Source: an uncultured delta proteobacterium (GTDB lineage Bacteria > Desulfobacterota > Desulfomonilia > UBA1062). From it: a stretch of DNA of 64,000 nt. The translations under genes and the position numbers were made by a program. The notes below the pieces were generated by a model. That model did not search any database, was not told where the DNA came from, and saw only the letters and a list, made by a program, of their open reading frames with translations. Where the stretch lies: NCBI GenBank assembly GCA_963752595.1, contig CAVVYZ010000015.1, positions 160,728-224,727 of the forward strand, read 5' to 3'. This document shows, piece by piece, positions 44,538 through 54,179 of this stretch; within the stretch, counting starts at the first letter, position 1, and every line of letters begins with the position of its first letter.

Positions 44538-45098
44538 TCAGTTGGTTCGAGGTATGTCACTGACCGTATTGATATTAGCAAAAGTTATCTCCGGGTCTGT
44601 ATACCTCCTGATTATGTCTTCCGGTATAGGCAGGATATCAACGGTTTTGAGCAGATCGAATATCCGGTACGTTTTCTTTTTCAGAAGATCGGCTGCAAGA
44701 GGAAGTATTCTTTTATGGTAGATGGAATGGAGAGGCTCTCTGCCTTTCGACCAGAAAGGGATCACGACATCGTGATCGTCTGCAACAGAAATCATGTACC
44801 GGATGAGATCTTTGTTCAGGTTCGGCATGTCTGCTGCAAAGACGAAGCACTGGGGAGCTTTCGATATTGATAACGCCGTATAGATGCCTCCGAGAGGTCC
44901 GCATCCGGGATAGATATCCTCTACGACCGGAAAAGATTCGAGGCCTTCCCGCATGTGGCCGATGAGCATGACCTCATCGAACAAAGGAGAAATAACGTCG
45001 GTGACATGCCTGACGAGGGTTTTTTCCCGGACACGGGCCAGCACCTTGTCTTTTCCGAAGCGGCTCGATTTTCCACCTATCAGTACTATCCCTGTCAT
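44538..45098 (-). CDS. mobA: Molybdenum cofactor guanylyltransferase
   Basis: LIGGKSSRFGKDK, GPLGGI, DMP, NINT. Confidence 0.92.
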   Translation of the reverse strand: MTGIVLIGGKSSRFGKDKVLARVREKTLVRHVTDVISPLFDEVMLIGHMREGLESFPVVEDIYPGCGPLGGIYTALSISKAPQCFVFAADMPNLNKDLIRYMISVADDHDVVIPFWSKGREPLHSIYHKRILPLAADLLKKKTYRIFDLLKTVDILPIPEDIIRRYTDPEITFANINTVSDIPRTN

Positions 45099-45496
45099 GA
45101 GGGCAACAACTTACGGATTCCCTTCCGGATATGTCAAGATCAAATCTTTATGTTCGGTATAACATATATCCTCTTGACCTCATACTTCGAATGCTCTATA
45201 GCTCAATCATCCAAAGTAAATCGATGGAGATTACCGCTCGTTTTTGTACTGTTTTTTCAGAGGTTTCATAATAAATTTTGTAAGGCACGGGGAATCTTTT
45301 CAAGGTTGCCTTGGAACTATCACACGAGGTGTATATGAACGGCTGTAAGATATCGGAAAAACATTCAAATCGTCCAACTATGAATAGTGAACCACCATTC
45401 AGTTTTTCCTTGATAGAAAACCGGAGTCGTGGTATGAAAGTTGGGACACGGGTGTCAACAGATACAGGTTCGCACAAAGAATAATGGGAGGTAAAA

Positions 45497-46003
45497 GTGG
45501 CAGGTATGGAAATGACTCAAATGGGCGCAGGGTTGGAGGAATTTACCTCGGAACAACTCTCAAAAGTCGATGAGATTATCCTCAAGTTTAAGTCAAAACC
45601 GGGCGCACTGATTCCGGTGCTCGAAGAGGTCCAGGATACATGCGGGTACCTTCCCATGGCCCTTCAGCTTCGGGTAGCCAAAGGTCTGAACATTCCGGTT
45701 GCGAATGTGTACGGGGTGGTGACCTTTTACTCGTTTTTCACCATGGTTCCCAAGGGGAAACACGTGATCAGGGTATGCCTTGGAACCGCCTGTTACGTAC
45801 GCGGCGGCCAGAGGATTCTCGAAACGCTGGTCAGCAGCCTCGGCATAGCACCTGGAGAATGTACGGAAGACAGGAACTTCTCACTGGAGACCGTACGCTG
45901 CCTTGGCGCCTGCGGGCTTGCTCCGGTTGTTGTCGTTGATGATGATACCCATGGCCAGATGAAGCCTTCCAAGCTCGAAAAAGTCCTGGCTGAGTACCGA
46001 TAG
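45497..46003 (+). CDS. NuoE-like [2Fe-2S] subunit (HydC/HndA)
   Basis: GVVTFYSFF, CLGTAC, CLGACGLAP. Confidence 0.93.
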   Translation: MAGMEMTQMGAGLEEFTSEQLSKVDEIILKFKSKPGALIPVLEEVQDTCGYLPMALQLRVAKGLNIPVANVYGVVTFYSFFTMVPKGKHVIRVCLGTACYVRGGQRILETLVSSLGIAPGECTEDRNFSLETVRCLGACGLAPVVVVDDDTHGQMKPSKLEKVLAEYR

Positions 46004-46012
46004 GAGGATGAC

Positions 46013-46403
46013 ATGGCCAAACTAACAATTAGCGATCTCAAGAAGATCAAGGAAAGGGTAGAGAAAGAGGATCAGTTCAGAGCAGGCACCAAGCGCGTGA
46101 AGCTGACCGTTCACATGGGAACCTGCGGGATTGCCTCGGGCGCAAAGGGCATCCTCGATACGTTCATGAACGAGATCAGCGAGGCAAACGTGGAAGACGT
46201 GCTCATCACCACCTCCGGCTGCATCGGCATCTGCAGCCGCGAACCTCTTGCCACGATTGAAGAGCAGGGTAAGGAACCCATCGTCTACGAGTACCTTACC
46301 GAAAACAAGGCAAGGCAGATATTCAAGCGGCACGTTCTGAAGGGCGAGATCCAGACGGACTTCGTCCTGGCAAGGGGAAGAGAGCAGGAGGGGGGGAAAG
46401 TAA
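46013..46403 (+). CDS. Thioredoxin-like [2Fe-2S] ferredoxin subunit (HydD/HndB)
   Basis: VHMGTCGIASGA, GCIGICSREP; stop probably TAA 46401-46403 after a G7 run. Confidence 0.85.
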
Positions 46404-49400
46404 ATGAAAGTCTTTCGAGCTCATATACTCGTATGCGGCGGTACCGGCTGCAGGGCAACTGGCAGCGAAGCTGTCAGCCAGGCAGTCGTCAAGGAATTAA
46501 CGGCAAAAGGGCTCTTGGATGAAGTGGCAGTCGTAGAGACAGGATGCAACGGTTTCTGCGCGGCCGGTCCCATCATGGTGATCTATCCCGAGGGCACCTT
46601 CTATCAGTATGTAAAAGCCGATGACGTCAAAGAAATCATCGAAGAGCATATCATCAAGGGAAGGCCGGTCGAGAGGCTCATGTACAAGGAGCCTGTCACC
46701 GAGAAGGCCATTCCCCACATGCTCGATATCCCTTTCTTCGGCAAACAGCAGCTCATCGCGCTCAAGAACAGGGGCCTGATCGATGCGGAAAAGATCGACG
46801 AGTACATCGCCAGGGAAGGTTACACAGGGGCTGCCAAGGCCCTGACCGAGATGACCCCCGAAGATGTCATCGAAGAGGTCAAGAAATCAGGTCTTCGCGG
46901 AAGAGGCGGCGGCGGGTTCCCCACCGGTATGAAGTGGTCCTTTGCACGCAAGTCGAAGGGCGACGTGAAGTACATCCTCTGCAACGCGGACGAAGGCGAC
47001 CCCGGTGCGTTCATGGACCGGTCGGTTCTTGAGGCCGACCCCCATGCAGTGCTCGAAGGCATGATCATCGGCGGTTACGCAATCGGCGCCAAGAAGGGCT
47101 ACATCTACTGCCGCGCCGAATATCCGCTGGCCATTAAGCGCCTCGACCCTCGCTATCGCTCAGGCAAAGGAATACGGGCTGCTCGGTGAAGATATCCTCG
47201 GCTCCGACTACAGCCTGGACATCGAGGTCTACCAGGGCGCAGGCGCATTCGTATGCGGTGAAGAGACCGCGCTGATGGCATCCATCGAGGGCAAGCGCGG
47301 CATGCCCAGGCCCAGACCGCCGTTCCCGGCAAGCCAGGGCTTGTGGAAAAAGCCTTCCGTTCTGAACAACGTCGAGACGTTCGCCAATATCTCCCAGATC
47401 ATCCAGAAGGGCGGGGCATGGTATTCTTCCATCGGAACCGAGCGATCCAAGGGCACCAAGGTGTTCGCTCTGACCGGTGCGGTGAACAATGTGGGTCTGG
47501 TGGAAGTCCCCATGGGAACCCCCATCGGTGATATCATATTCGACATCGGCGGCGGGATCCCTGAAGGCAAGAAGTACAAGGCCGCTCAGCTCGGCGGTCC
47601 TTCCGGCGGATGTATCCCGGCGTCGGCACTAAACACCCCGACCGATTATGAAGAGATTATAAAGCTCGGCGCAATCATGGGCTCGGGCGGCCTCATCGTT
47701 ATGGACGAGGATACCTGCATGGTTGATACGGCCCGGTTCTTCATGGAGTTCTGCCAGGAAGAATCCTGCGGCAAGTGCACCCCGTGCCGTGAAGGCACCA
47801 AGCGCATGCTCGAAATCCTCCACCGGATATGCCATGGAGAAGGCAAGCACGGCGATATCGAGCTCCTCGAAGAACTCGCCGGCATCATCAAAGACTCCGC
47901 GCTCTGCGGCCTCGGCCAGACCGCCCCGAACCCGGTGCTCTCTACCATCCGCTATTTCAGGGATGAGTACGAGGCCCACATCTACGACAAGAAGTGTCCG
48001 GCCGCGGTATGCTCCGCCCTGTTCAAATCACCGTGCCAGCATGCATGCCCCATCGAGATGGATGTCCCGGCCTATATCGCGCTGATCAGGGCAGGACGGC
48101 TCGAGGATGCCTACAAACTCATGCTCAAGACCAACCCGTTCCCCGGGGTATGCGGCCGCGTGTGTCCGCAGTTCTGCTCCAACAAGTGCCGCAGAGGCCA
48201 GCTCGATCAGCCCATGGCCATTGCATGGCTCAAGCGCTACGTTGCAGACAACGGCAGGAAGCCCAAGATCGAGGCTGTGCCCGTTACCCGTAAGGAAAAG
48301 GTCGCGGTCATCGGTGCAGGCCCGGCAGGTCTGACCGCTGCACAGGACCTTGCAAAGCGCGGGTATAAAGTCACCGTGTTCGAAGAGCTCCCCTATGCCG
48401 GCGGTATGATGCGCTATGCGATCCCCGAGTACCGTCTTCCGAGAAACGTCATTGCGGATGAGGTAAAGGATATCGAGGCCTTAGGCGTCGAGATCAGGAC
48501 CAACACTCGCGTCGGCAAAGACATCACCTTCGACAAGCTCAGGAAAGACTATGAGATCGTCGTGATGGCCGTCGGCGCACACAAGAGCTGGACGCTCGAC
48601 ATCGAAGGAGAAGACCTCAAGGGAGTCTGGGGCGCCACCGAGTTCCTCAGGGAAGTCAACTTAGGCAAAGACGTGAAGCTGGGCTCCAAGGTCGCCATCG
48701 TAGGCGGCGGCAACTCTGCCGTTGATGCAGCGCGGACCGCGGTGAGAATGGGCGCGAAAGACGTCACCATCCTTTACCGCAGGGAGCGCAAGGATATGCC
48801 CGCCTGGGAACACGAGATCGTGGCTGCAGAGCACGAGGGCGTGAAGATCGAGTACCTCGTCGCCCCGGTTAAGCTCGTAGGCGAGAACGGCAAGCTGACC
48901 GGCGTTGTCTGCCAGAAAATGAAGCTTGGCGAATTCGACCGTTCCGGAAGGCGCAAACCGGTGCCCGTAAGCGGAAGCGAGTATACGTTGAGCATCGACA
49001 CCATGATCCCGGCCATTTCACAGTCGGCAGATACATCTTTCATACCCGCGGACTCCGACGTGGCAAAGGACAAGCGGGGTGGAATCCAGCTTTCAGCAAA
49101 GAGCAAGAACAAGACTGCAGCAGACGGCGTGTTCATCATCGGCGACGCGGCTACAGGGCCTGCAACGGTTGTTGAGGCCATTGCCATGGGCCATCAGGTG
49201 GCTCGTGACGTGGATGCCTCCATCAGGGCAAAGAACCACGAACCGGCCTACAAAGAACCTGCCGGAGAAAAGATCGAGATACCGTTCGAAGTGAACGAAG
49301 ATCTGGTCGAGACTCCGAAGGCGCTCATGCCCGAGATGGAAGTGGCTGCGCGAGTGGCCGGTTTCGCTGAGGTTGAGCTGGGCTACACCAAGGATATGGC

Positions 49401-49449
49401 GTTCAAAGAGGCATGCAGATGCTTGCGTTGTGATGCAGAGATTTCCTAG
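46404..49449 (+). CDS. NuoF-like HydB/HndC fused to a GltD-like FAD/NAD(P)H module; one frameshift near 47150
   Basis: [45 protein letters not shown], then PCQHACP, CGRVCP, GAGPAG, GGGNSA..YRR, RCLRC. Confidence 0.88.
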
Positions 49450-49485
49450 TCTTTGTATTACTTCGAAAACGACAGGGGATACTAA

Positions 49486-51279
49486 ATGGCTAAAATCAAT
49501 GTCACGATTGATAAAATAAATGTGAGTGTCGAAGAGGGAAGCACGATCCTCGATGCTGCCAAGGCGGCAGGCATCAAGATACCCACCTTGTGCGCGTGGC
49601 CTGAGATCAACCATAAACCCGGTGCATGCAGGGTCTGCACAGTGGAAGTGGACGGCCAGAGAAACCTCGTCGCTTCCTGCGTGTTCCCGGTGAACGAAGG
49701 CATGGTCGTCAGGACCACGACCGACAGGGTGCAGAAGGCAAGGAAGCTCAACGTAGAGCTCCTGCTCTCCAATCATCCGACCGAGTGCAATGTCTGCGTC
49801 AGAAACGGCAACTGCGATCTCCAGAAAGTGGCAGAAGCAGTTGGCTTACGGGAAGTGCGCTTTACGATTCCCCAATACTCGGCAGGATCCATCGATGATT
49901 CGAGCCCGTCCGTGGTTCGCGATTCACGAAAGTGCATCAAGTGCTATCGTTGCGTGACTGTATGCGAAGAAATCCAGACGGTTGCAGTGCTCTCCCCCAC
50001 ATTCCGGGGAAATAATGTCCGCATCGGACCGGCATTCAACCTGCCCCTGGCAGAAACCAACTGCGCCAACTGCGGGCAGTGCATTCTGGCCTGCCCGGTG
50101 GGTGCCCTCTATGAAAAGGATGACACCCATCACGTATGGCAGGTTCTGCAGGATCCCACCAAGCATGTGGTCGTACAGGAAGCGCCCGCAATCCGCGCCG
50201 CTCTGGGCGAGGAGTTCGGAATGCCGGTCGGGTCACTGGTAACCGGCAAAATGATCTCGGCGCTCCGCAGGATGGGTTTCGACAAGGTATTCGACACCAA
50301 CTTCACGGCGGACCTCACGATCATCGAAGAGGGAAACGAGCTTCTCAAACGGGTGAAGGAAGGCGGGACATTGCCGATGATCACCTCCTGCTCGCCCGGC
50401 TGGATCAAGTTCTGCGAGCATTTCTACCCGGATCTTTTGGATAACCTCTCCACCTGCAAATCTCCGCAGCAGATGCTCGGCGCTCTGGCAAAGACCTATT
50501 ACGCCAAGCAGGCAGGCATCGATGCAAAGGATATCGTGGTGGTCTCCGTCATGCCGTGCACGGCCAAGAAATACGAGTGCCGGCGCGATGAGATGGATGG
50601 CAGCGGGTTCCAGGATGTGGACTATGTTCTCACCACCCGCGAGCTCGCCCGGATGATCAAGCAGGCAGGCATCGATTTCGTGAACCTGCCGGACGGCGAC
50701 TATGACAACCCGCTTGGCGAGTATACCGGCGCGGGTACGATATTCGGCGCAACGGGCGGCGTTATGGAAGCTGCCATCAGGACCGTTTATGCGGTAGTAA
50801 CCGGCCGGAACCTCGGCGATATGAACGTTACACCGGTCAGGGGTCTCGATGGAGTCAAGGAGGCGGCGCTCGAAGTAGGCGGCCTCGGTACGGTCAAGGT
50901 TGCAGTGGCCCACGGCTTGAGCAATGCACGAAAGCTCATGGACAAAATCCGTGAAGGTACGGCAGACTATCATTTCATCGAGGTCATGTGCTGTCCCGGA
51001 GGCTGCATCGCAGGCGGCGGCGAGCCGATCCCGACCACGAACGAGATCCGCATGCAGCGGGCTGCAGCGCTCTACAAAGACGACGGCGCCGTACAGAAAT
51101 ACCGCCAGTCCCATGAAAACCCGTCCGTCAAGAGGATCTACGAGGTCTTTCTCAAGGAGCCTCTCGGACATGTATCTCACAAACTGCTGCATACCCACTA
51201 TACGAAGCGCGGAACTGATCTGCCCCATCAAGGGAGAAAGATCGAGATCAAAACAGAGGAAAAGAAATCAGCATATTAG
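49486..51279 (+). CDS. hydA: Group A [FeFe]-hydrogenase catalytic subunit
   Basis: [2Fe-2S], HxxxCxxC, 2x[4Fe-4S]; TSCSPGW, MPCTAKKYE, EVMCCPGGCIAGGG, LLHT. Confidence 0.95.
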   Translation: MAKINVTIDKINVSVEEGSTILDAAKAAGIKIPTLCAWPEINHKPGACRVCTVEVDGQRNLVASCVFPVNEGMVVRTTTDRVQKARKLNVELLLSNHPTECNVCVRNGNCDLQKVAEAVGLREVRFTIPQYSAGSIDDSSPSVVRDSRKCIKCYRCVTVCEEIQTVAVLSPTFRGNNVRIGPAFNLPLAETNCANCGQCILACPVGALYEKDDTHHVWQVLQDPTKHVVVQEAPAIRAALGEEFGMPVGSLVTGKMISALRRMGFDKVFDTNFTADLTIIEEGNELLKRVKEGGTLPMITSCSPGWIKFCEHFYPDLLDNLSTCKSPQQMLGALAKTYYAKQAGIDAKDIVVVSVMPCTAKKYECRRDEMDGSGFQDVDYVLTTRELARMIKQAGIDFVNLPDGDYDNPLGEYTGAGTIFGATGGVMEAAIRTVYAVVTGRNLGDMNVTPVRGLDGVKEAALEVGGLGTVKVAVAHGLSNARKLMDKIREGTADYHFIEVMCCPGGCIAGGGEPIPTTNEIRMQRAAALYKDDGAVQKYRQSHENPSVKRIYEVFLKEPLGHVSHKLLHTHYTKRGTDLPHQGRKIEIKTEEKKSAY

Positions 51280-51280
51280 A

Positions 51281-51417
51281 ACACCCTTGGTATAAGGGAA
51301 ACCGATACCCACGATGAGTGGGAGCCTGCCTGCGAGGAAGGTGAGAGCTGACCTTAAGGGAAGGATAAGTGACTGCACAAGGTCCTTACCGTCCTCGCAT
51401 GGTAAGGGCCTTTTTTT
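51281..51417 (+). promoter_or_regulatory. Candidate attenuator/riboswitch-like leader
   Basis: 51331-51355 is complementary to the 5' arm and loop of the downstream terminator (51379-51399). Confidence 0.6.
51379..51417 (+). terminator. Intrinsic terminator between hydA and the maturase genes
   Basis: aaggtccttaccg-tcctcgca-tggtaagggcctt with T7 tract. Confidence 0.85.
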
Positions 51418-51442
51418 GTAAAAAGGATTCCGGAGGAACTTC

Positions 51443-51700
51443 ATGGAGGACAAGGCAAAGAGAATCGGCGTGGTGAGCATCATCATACGCGACCGGAGGG
51501 AATCCGCCACAGAAGTGAACGGTGTGTTGAGCAGGCACGGAGAGATTATCATCGGCAGGATGGGGCTTCCCTATGAGCAAAAAGGGATAAACATCATTGC
51601 ATTGATCATCCATGGAACCACCGATGAAATAGGTTCCCTTACCGGCCGGCTCGGCTCTTTGAGAGGTGTCGAGGTGAAATCCGCGTTGACCAGGGTGTAA
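51443..51700 (+). CDS. TM1266-family iron-only hydrogenase system putative regulator
   Basis: RIGVVSIII, VNGVLS, IIGRMGLPY, LTGRLGSLRGVEVK; precedes hydG. Confidence 0.88.
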   Translation: MEDKAKRIGVVSIIIRDRRESATEVNGVLSRHGEIIIGRMGLPYEQKGINIIALIIHGTTDEIGSLTGRLGSLRGVEVKSALTRV

Positions 51701-51712
51701 AAAAGGAAGGCA

Positions 51713-53107
51713 ATGGAAGACTTCATCAACGATAGATCACTCTACGAGATATTGGAAGGATCACGGAACCAATCACCCGCCCATGTCAGGGATATTATCG
51801 CGAAATCACGGGATCTCAAAGGGCTTACCCCTGAAGAGGCCGCAGTCCTTCTCCAGGTGGAAGACCCCGAACTCGTTTCCGAGATCTGTGATGCCGCCTA
51901 TGACATCAAAAATTCCATCTACGGCAACCGGCTCGTGATGTTCGCACCGCTCTACACCTCCAATCTCTGCTCGAACAACTGCCTGTACTGCGGATTCAGG
52001 AAGGACAACAAGGACCTGAAGCGCGTGTCTCTCACAAATGAAGAAATTGCAGAAGAGGTGAGGATCCTCGAAAGGCAGGGACACAAGCGCCTCCTCATGC
52101 TCTGTGGCGAATACCGGGGCAGGCATTACCTCGATCGTTTCATCGAGGCCATCGAGATTGCCTATGCAACAAGGACGGAGAAAGGCGGGGAGATCAGGCG
52201 CATCAATGTTGAAGTCGCGCCGCTCGAGGTCGATGATTTCAAACGTCTCAAGCAGGCTGATATCGGCACCTACGTCCTTTTCCAGGAAACATACCACCAC
52301 GAGACCTACCGGGCAATGCACCCGAGCGGGCCCAAGGCAGACTACCTCTGGAGGCTGACCGCCATGGACCGCGCCATGGAGGCGGGGATCAACGATGTGG
52401 GCATCGGGGCTCTGTTCGGGCTCTATGACTACAAGCTCGAGGTGTTGGGTCTCCTCTCCCATGCAAGCCATCTCGACTCCCGGTTCGGGGTAGGTCCCCA
52501 CACCATCTCGGTTCCCAGGCTCGAGCCCGCTCTGAATGCACCGGCGGCCATCCAGCCGCCCAAGCCCGTAAGCAATGCGGAATTCAGGAAACTGGTAGCG
52601 ATCATCCGGGTCGCTGTTCCTTATACCGGGATAATCCTTTCCACCCGCGAACGGCCCGAGGTGCGCAAGGAGGTCTTCAAGGCGGGCGTCTCCCAGATCA
52701 GCGCAGGCTCACGAACCAATCCCGGTGGGTATCACTGCGGCGAAGAAGGCATGGATGACTCAGCCCAGTTCAATCTGGGCGATACCAGGTCGCTCGACGA
52801 GGTCATTCTCGACATCTCGAAACAGGGGCACATACCGAGCTTCTGTACGGCATGCTACCGGCTGGGCCGCACGGGCTCGGATTTCATGGACCTCGCCAAA
52901 CCGGGGCTCATTCAGCGTTTCTGCAGGACCAATGCGATCATCACCTACCAGGAGTACCTCATGGACTACGCATCGGACGAGACGAAGAAGGTTGGAGACA
53001 AGCTTATCAGACGCCTGGTGGAAGAGACGAGCGACAGCAGCACGAGGAACCTTCTCGAAGAGCGTCTGGGCATGATAAAAGGCGGTGAACGTGACCTGTA
53101 TATCTGA
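51713..53107 (+). CDS. hydG: [FeFe]-hydrogenase maturase HydG
   Basis: FAPLYTSNLCSNNCLYC, LFQETYH, PHTISVPR, PSFCTACYR..C. Confidence 0.95.
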   Translation: MEDFINDRSLYEILEGSRNQSPAHVRDIIAKSRDLKGLTPEEAAVLLQVEDPELVSEICDAAYDIKNSIYGNRLVMFAPLYTSNLCSNNCLYCGFRKDNKDLKRVSLTNEEIAEEVRILERQGHKRLLMLCGEYRGRHYLDRFIEAIEIAYATRTEKGGEIRRINVEVAPLEVDDFKRLKQADIGTYVLFQETYHHETYRAMHPSGPKADYLWRLTAMDRAMEAGINDVGIGALFGLYDYKLEVLGLLSHASHLDSRFGVGPHTISVPRLEPALNAPAAIQPPKPVSNAEFRKLVAIIRVAVPYTGIILSTRERPEVRKEVFKAGVSQISAGSRTNPGGYHCGEEGMDDSAQFNLGDTRSLDEVILDISKQGHIPSFCTACYRLGRTGSDFMDLAKPGLIQRFCRTNAIITYQEYLMDYASDETKKVGDKLIRRLVEETSDSSTRNLLEERLGMIKGGERDLYI

Positions 53108-54179
53108 GACTGCATCTCTCCTTGTTCGCGCCCGGCAAGAAAGATCGCTCGGCCGGGAGGAGGTCATCCGCCTCCTGTCGCTTGATTCCCCCGAAGAGAA
53201 GGAGTTCCTCTTTCGCGAGGCAGATGCGGTCCGGAAGGAATGCGTCGGCGACGAGATATATTTGCGCGGCATCGTGGAAATTTCTGCCTTTTGCAGACGG
53301 AACTGCCATTACTGCGGCTTGCGGGCCCAGAACAGTGAGGTGCGCCGCTACCGTATGGAAGATGATGACATCCTTTCCCGTGCCAGGGCCTTGAAAGAAA
53401 AATCCTGCATGACCGTTGTGCTCCAGTCGGGTGAAGACCCGTTCTTTCGCAGGGACTCTCTGTGCTCGCTCATCAGGAGGATCAAGGAAGAGACCGGTCT
53501 CGCTATAACGCTCTCCATCGGGGAAAGGCCGTATGAGGATTATCGCGCCTTTAAGGATGCCGGTGCAGACAGGTATCTTATCAGGCACGAGACCGCCTCC
53601 CCTGAACTTTACCGGACCCTCCACCCGGGTTATGAACTGGAAGACAGGATCGCCTGCCTGAAGATGCTCAAAGATCTCGGCTTTGAAACCGGCTCCGGTT
53701 TTATCGTGGGACTGCCGGGGCAGAGAGTCGATGACCTGGCAGATGATATCCTGCTCGTCAAGAAGCTGGACATCGATATGATCGGGGTCGGTCCGTTCAT
53801 CCCGCATCCCGGAACCCCCTTGGGAAATCACGGGCCAGGGAGTACGGACATGGTTCTTAAAGTCATTGCTGTCTTACGTCTGGTCACAGGGGATACCAAC
53901 ATTCCGGCTACGACAGCCCTGGGCGTCCTCGACCCCGGGGCGAGGGAAAAGGCTTTCTTCGCAGGGGCGAACGTGTTCATGCCGAATTTTACCCCGGAGC
54001 CCTATGCGGAACGGTACGAGATATATCCCGGGAAAGGTCCCGAAGCGGGCGCCATTGCTCATGCTTCGGACGGAGGATTCGAGGCTCTCTTCGAAGACAT
54101 TGGACGGCCGGTGAGTACCTGGTACGGCTATCGGAAAAGAATAATGAATAAAATGAAGATCGACCATGAACGGGGATAG
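53085..54179 (+). CDS. hydE: [FeFe]-hydrogenase maturase HydE
   Basis: CRRNCHYC, VLQSGED, RYLIRHET, GPFIPHPGTP, ATTA, GANVFMPN, YEIYPGK. Confidence 0.93.
   Translation: MNVTCISETASLLVRARQERSLGREEVIRLLSLDSPEEKEFLFREADAVRKECVGDEIYLRGIVEISAFCRRNCHYCGLRAQNSEVRRYRMEDDDILSRARALKEKSCMTVVLQSGEDPFFRRDSLCSLIRRIKEETGLAITLSIGERPYEDYRAFKDAGADRYLIRHETASPELYRTLHPGYELEDRIACLKMLKDLGFETGSGFIVGLPGQRVDDLADDILLVKKLDIDMIGVGPFIPHPGTPLGNHGPGSTDMVLKVIAVLRLVTGDTNIPATTALGVLDPGAREKAFFAGANVFMPNFTPEPYAERYEIYPGKGPEAGAIAHASDGGFEALFEDIGRPVSTWYGYRKRIMNKMKIDHERG

Noticed and set aside
45430-45444. sigma54 promoter for hydC (TGGTAT-N5-TTGG)
   Set aside because: The -12 GC is missing; too weak to call.
46390-46396. G7 tract at the hydD/hydB junction as a phase-variation switch
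   Set aside because: Short homopolymer at the very end of the gene; typical length error with little functional effect.
51314-51421. 35-codon ORF as a leader peptide for the attenuator
   Set aside because: No clear RBS, no run of regulatory codons, and it reads through the terminator.
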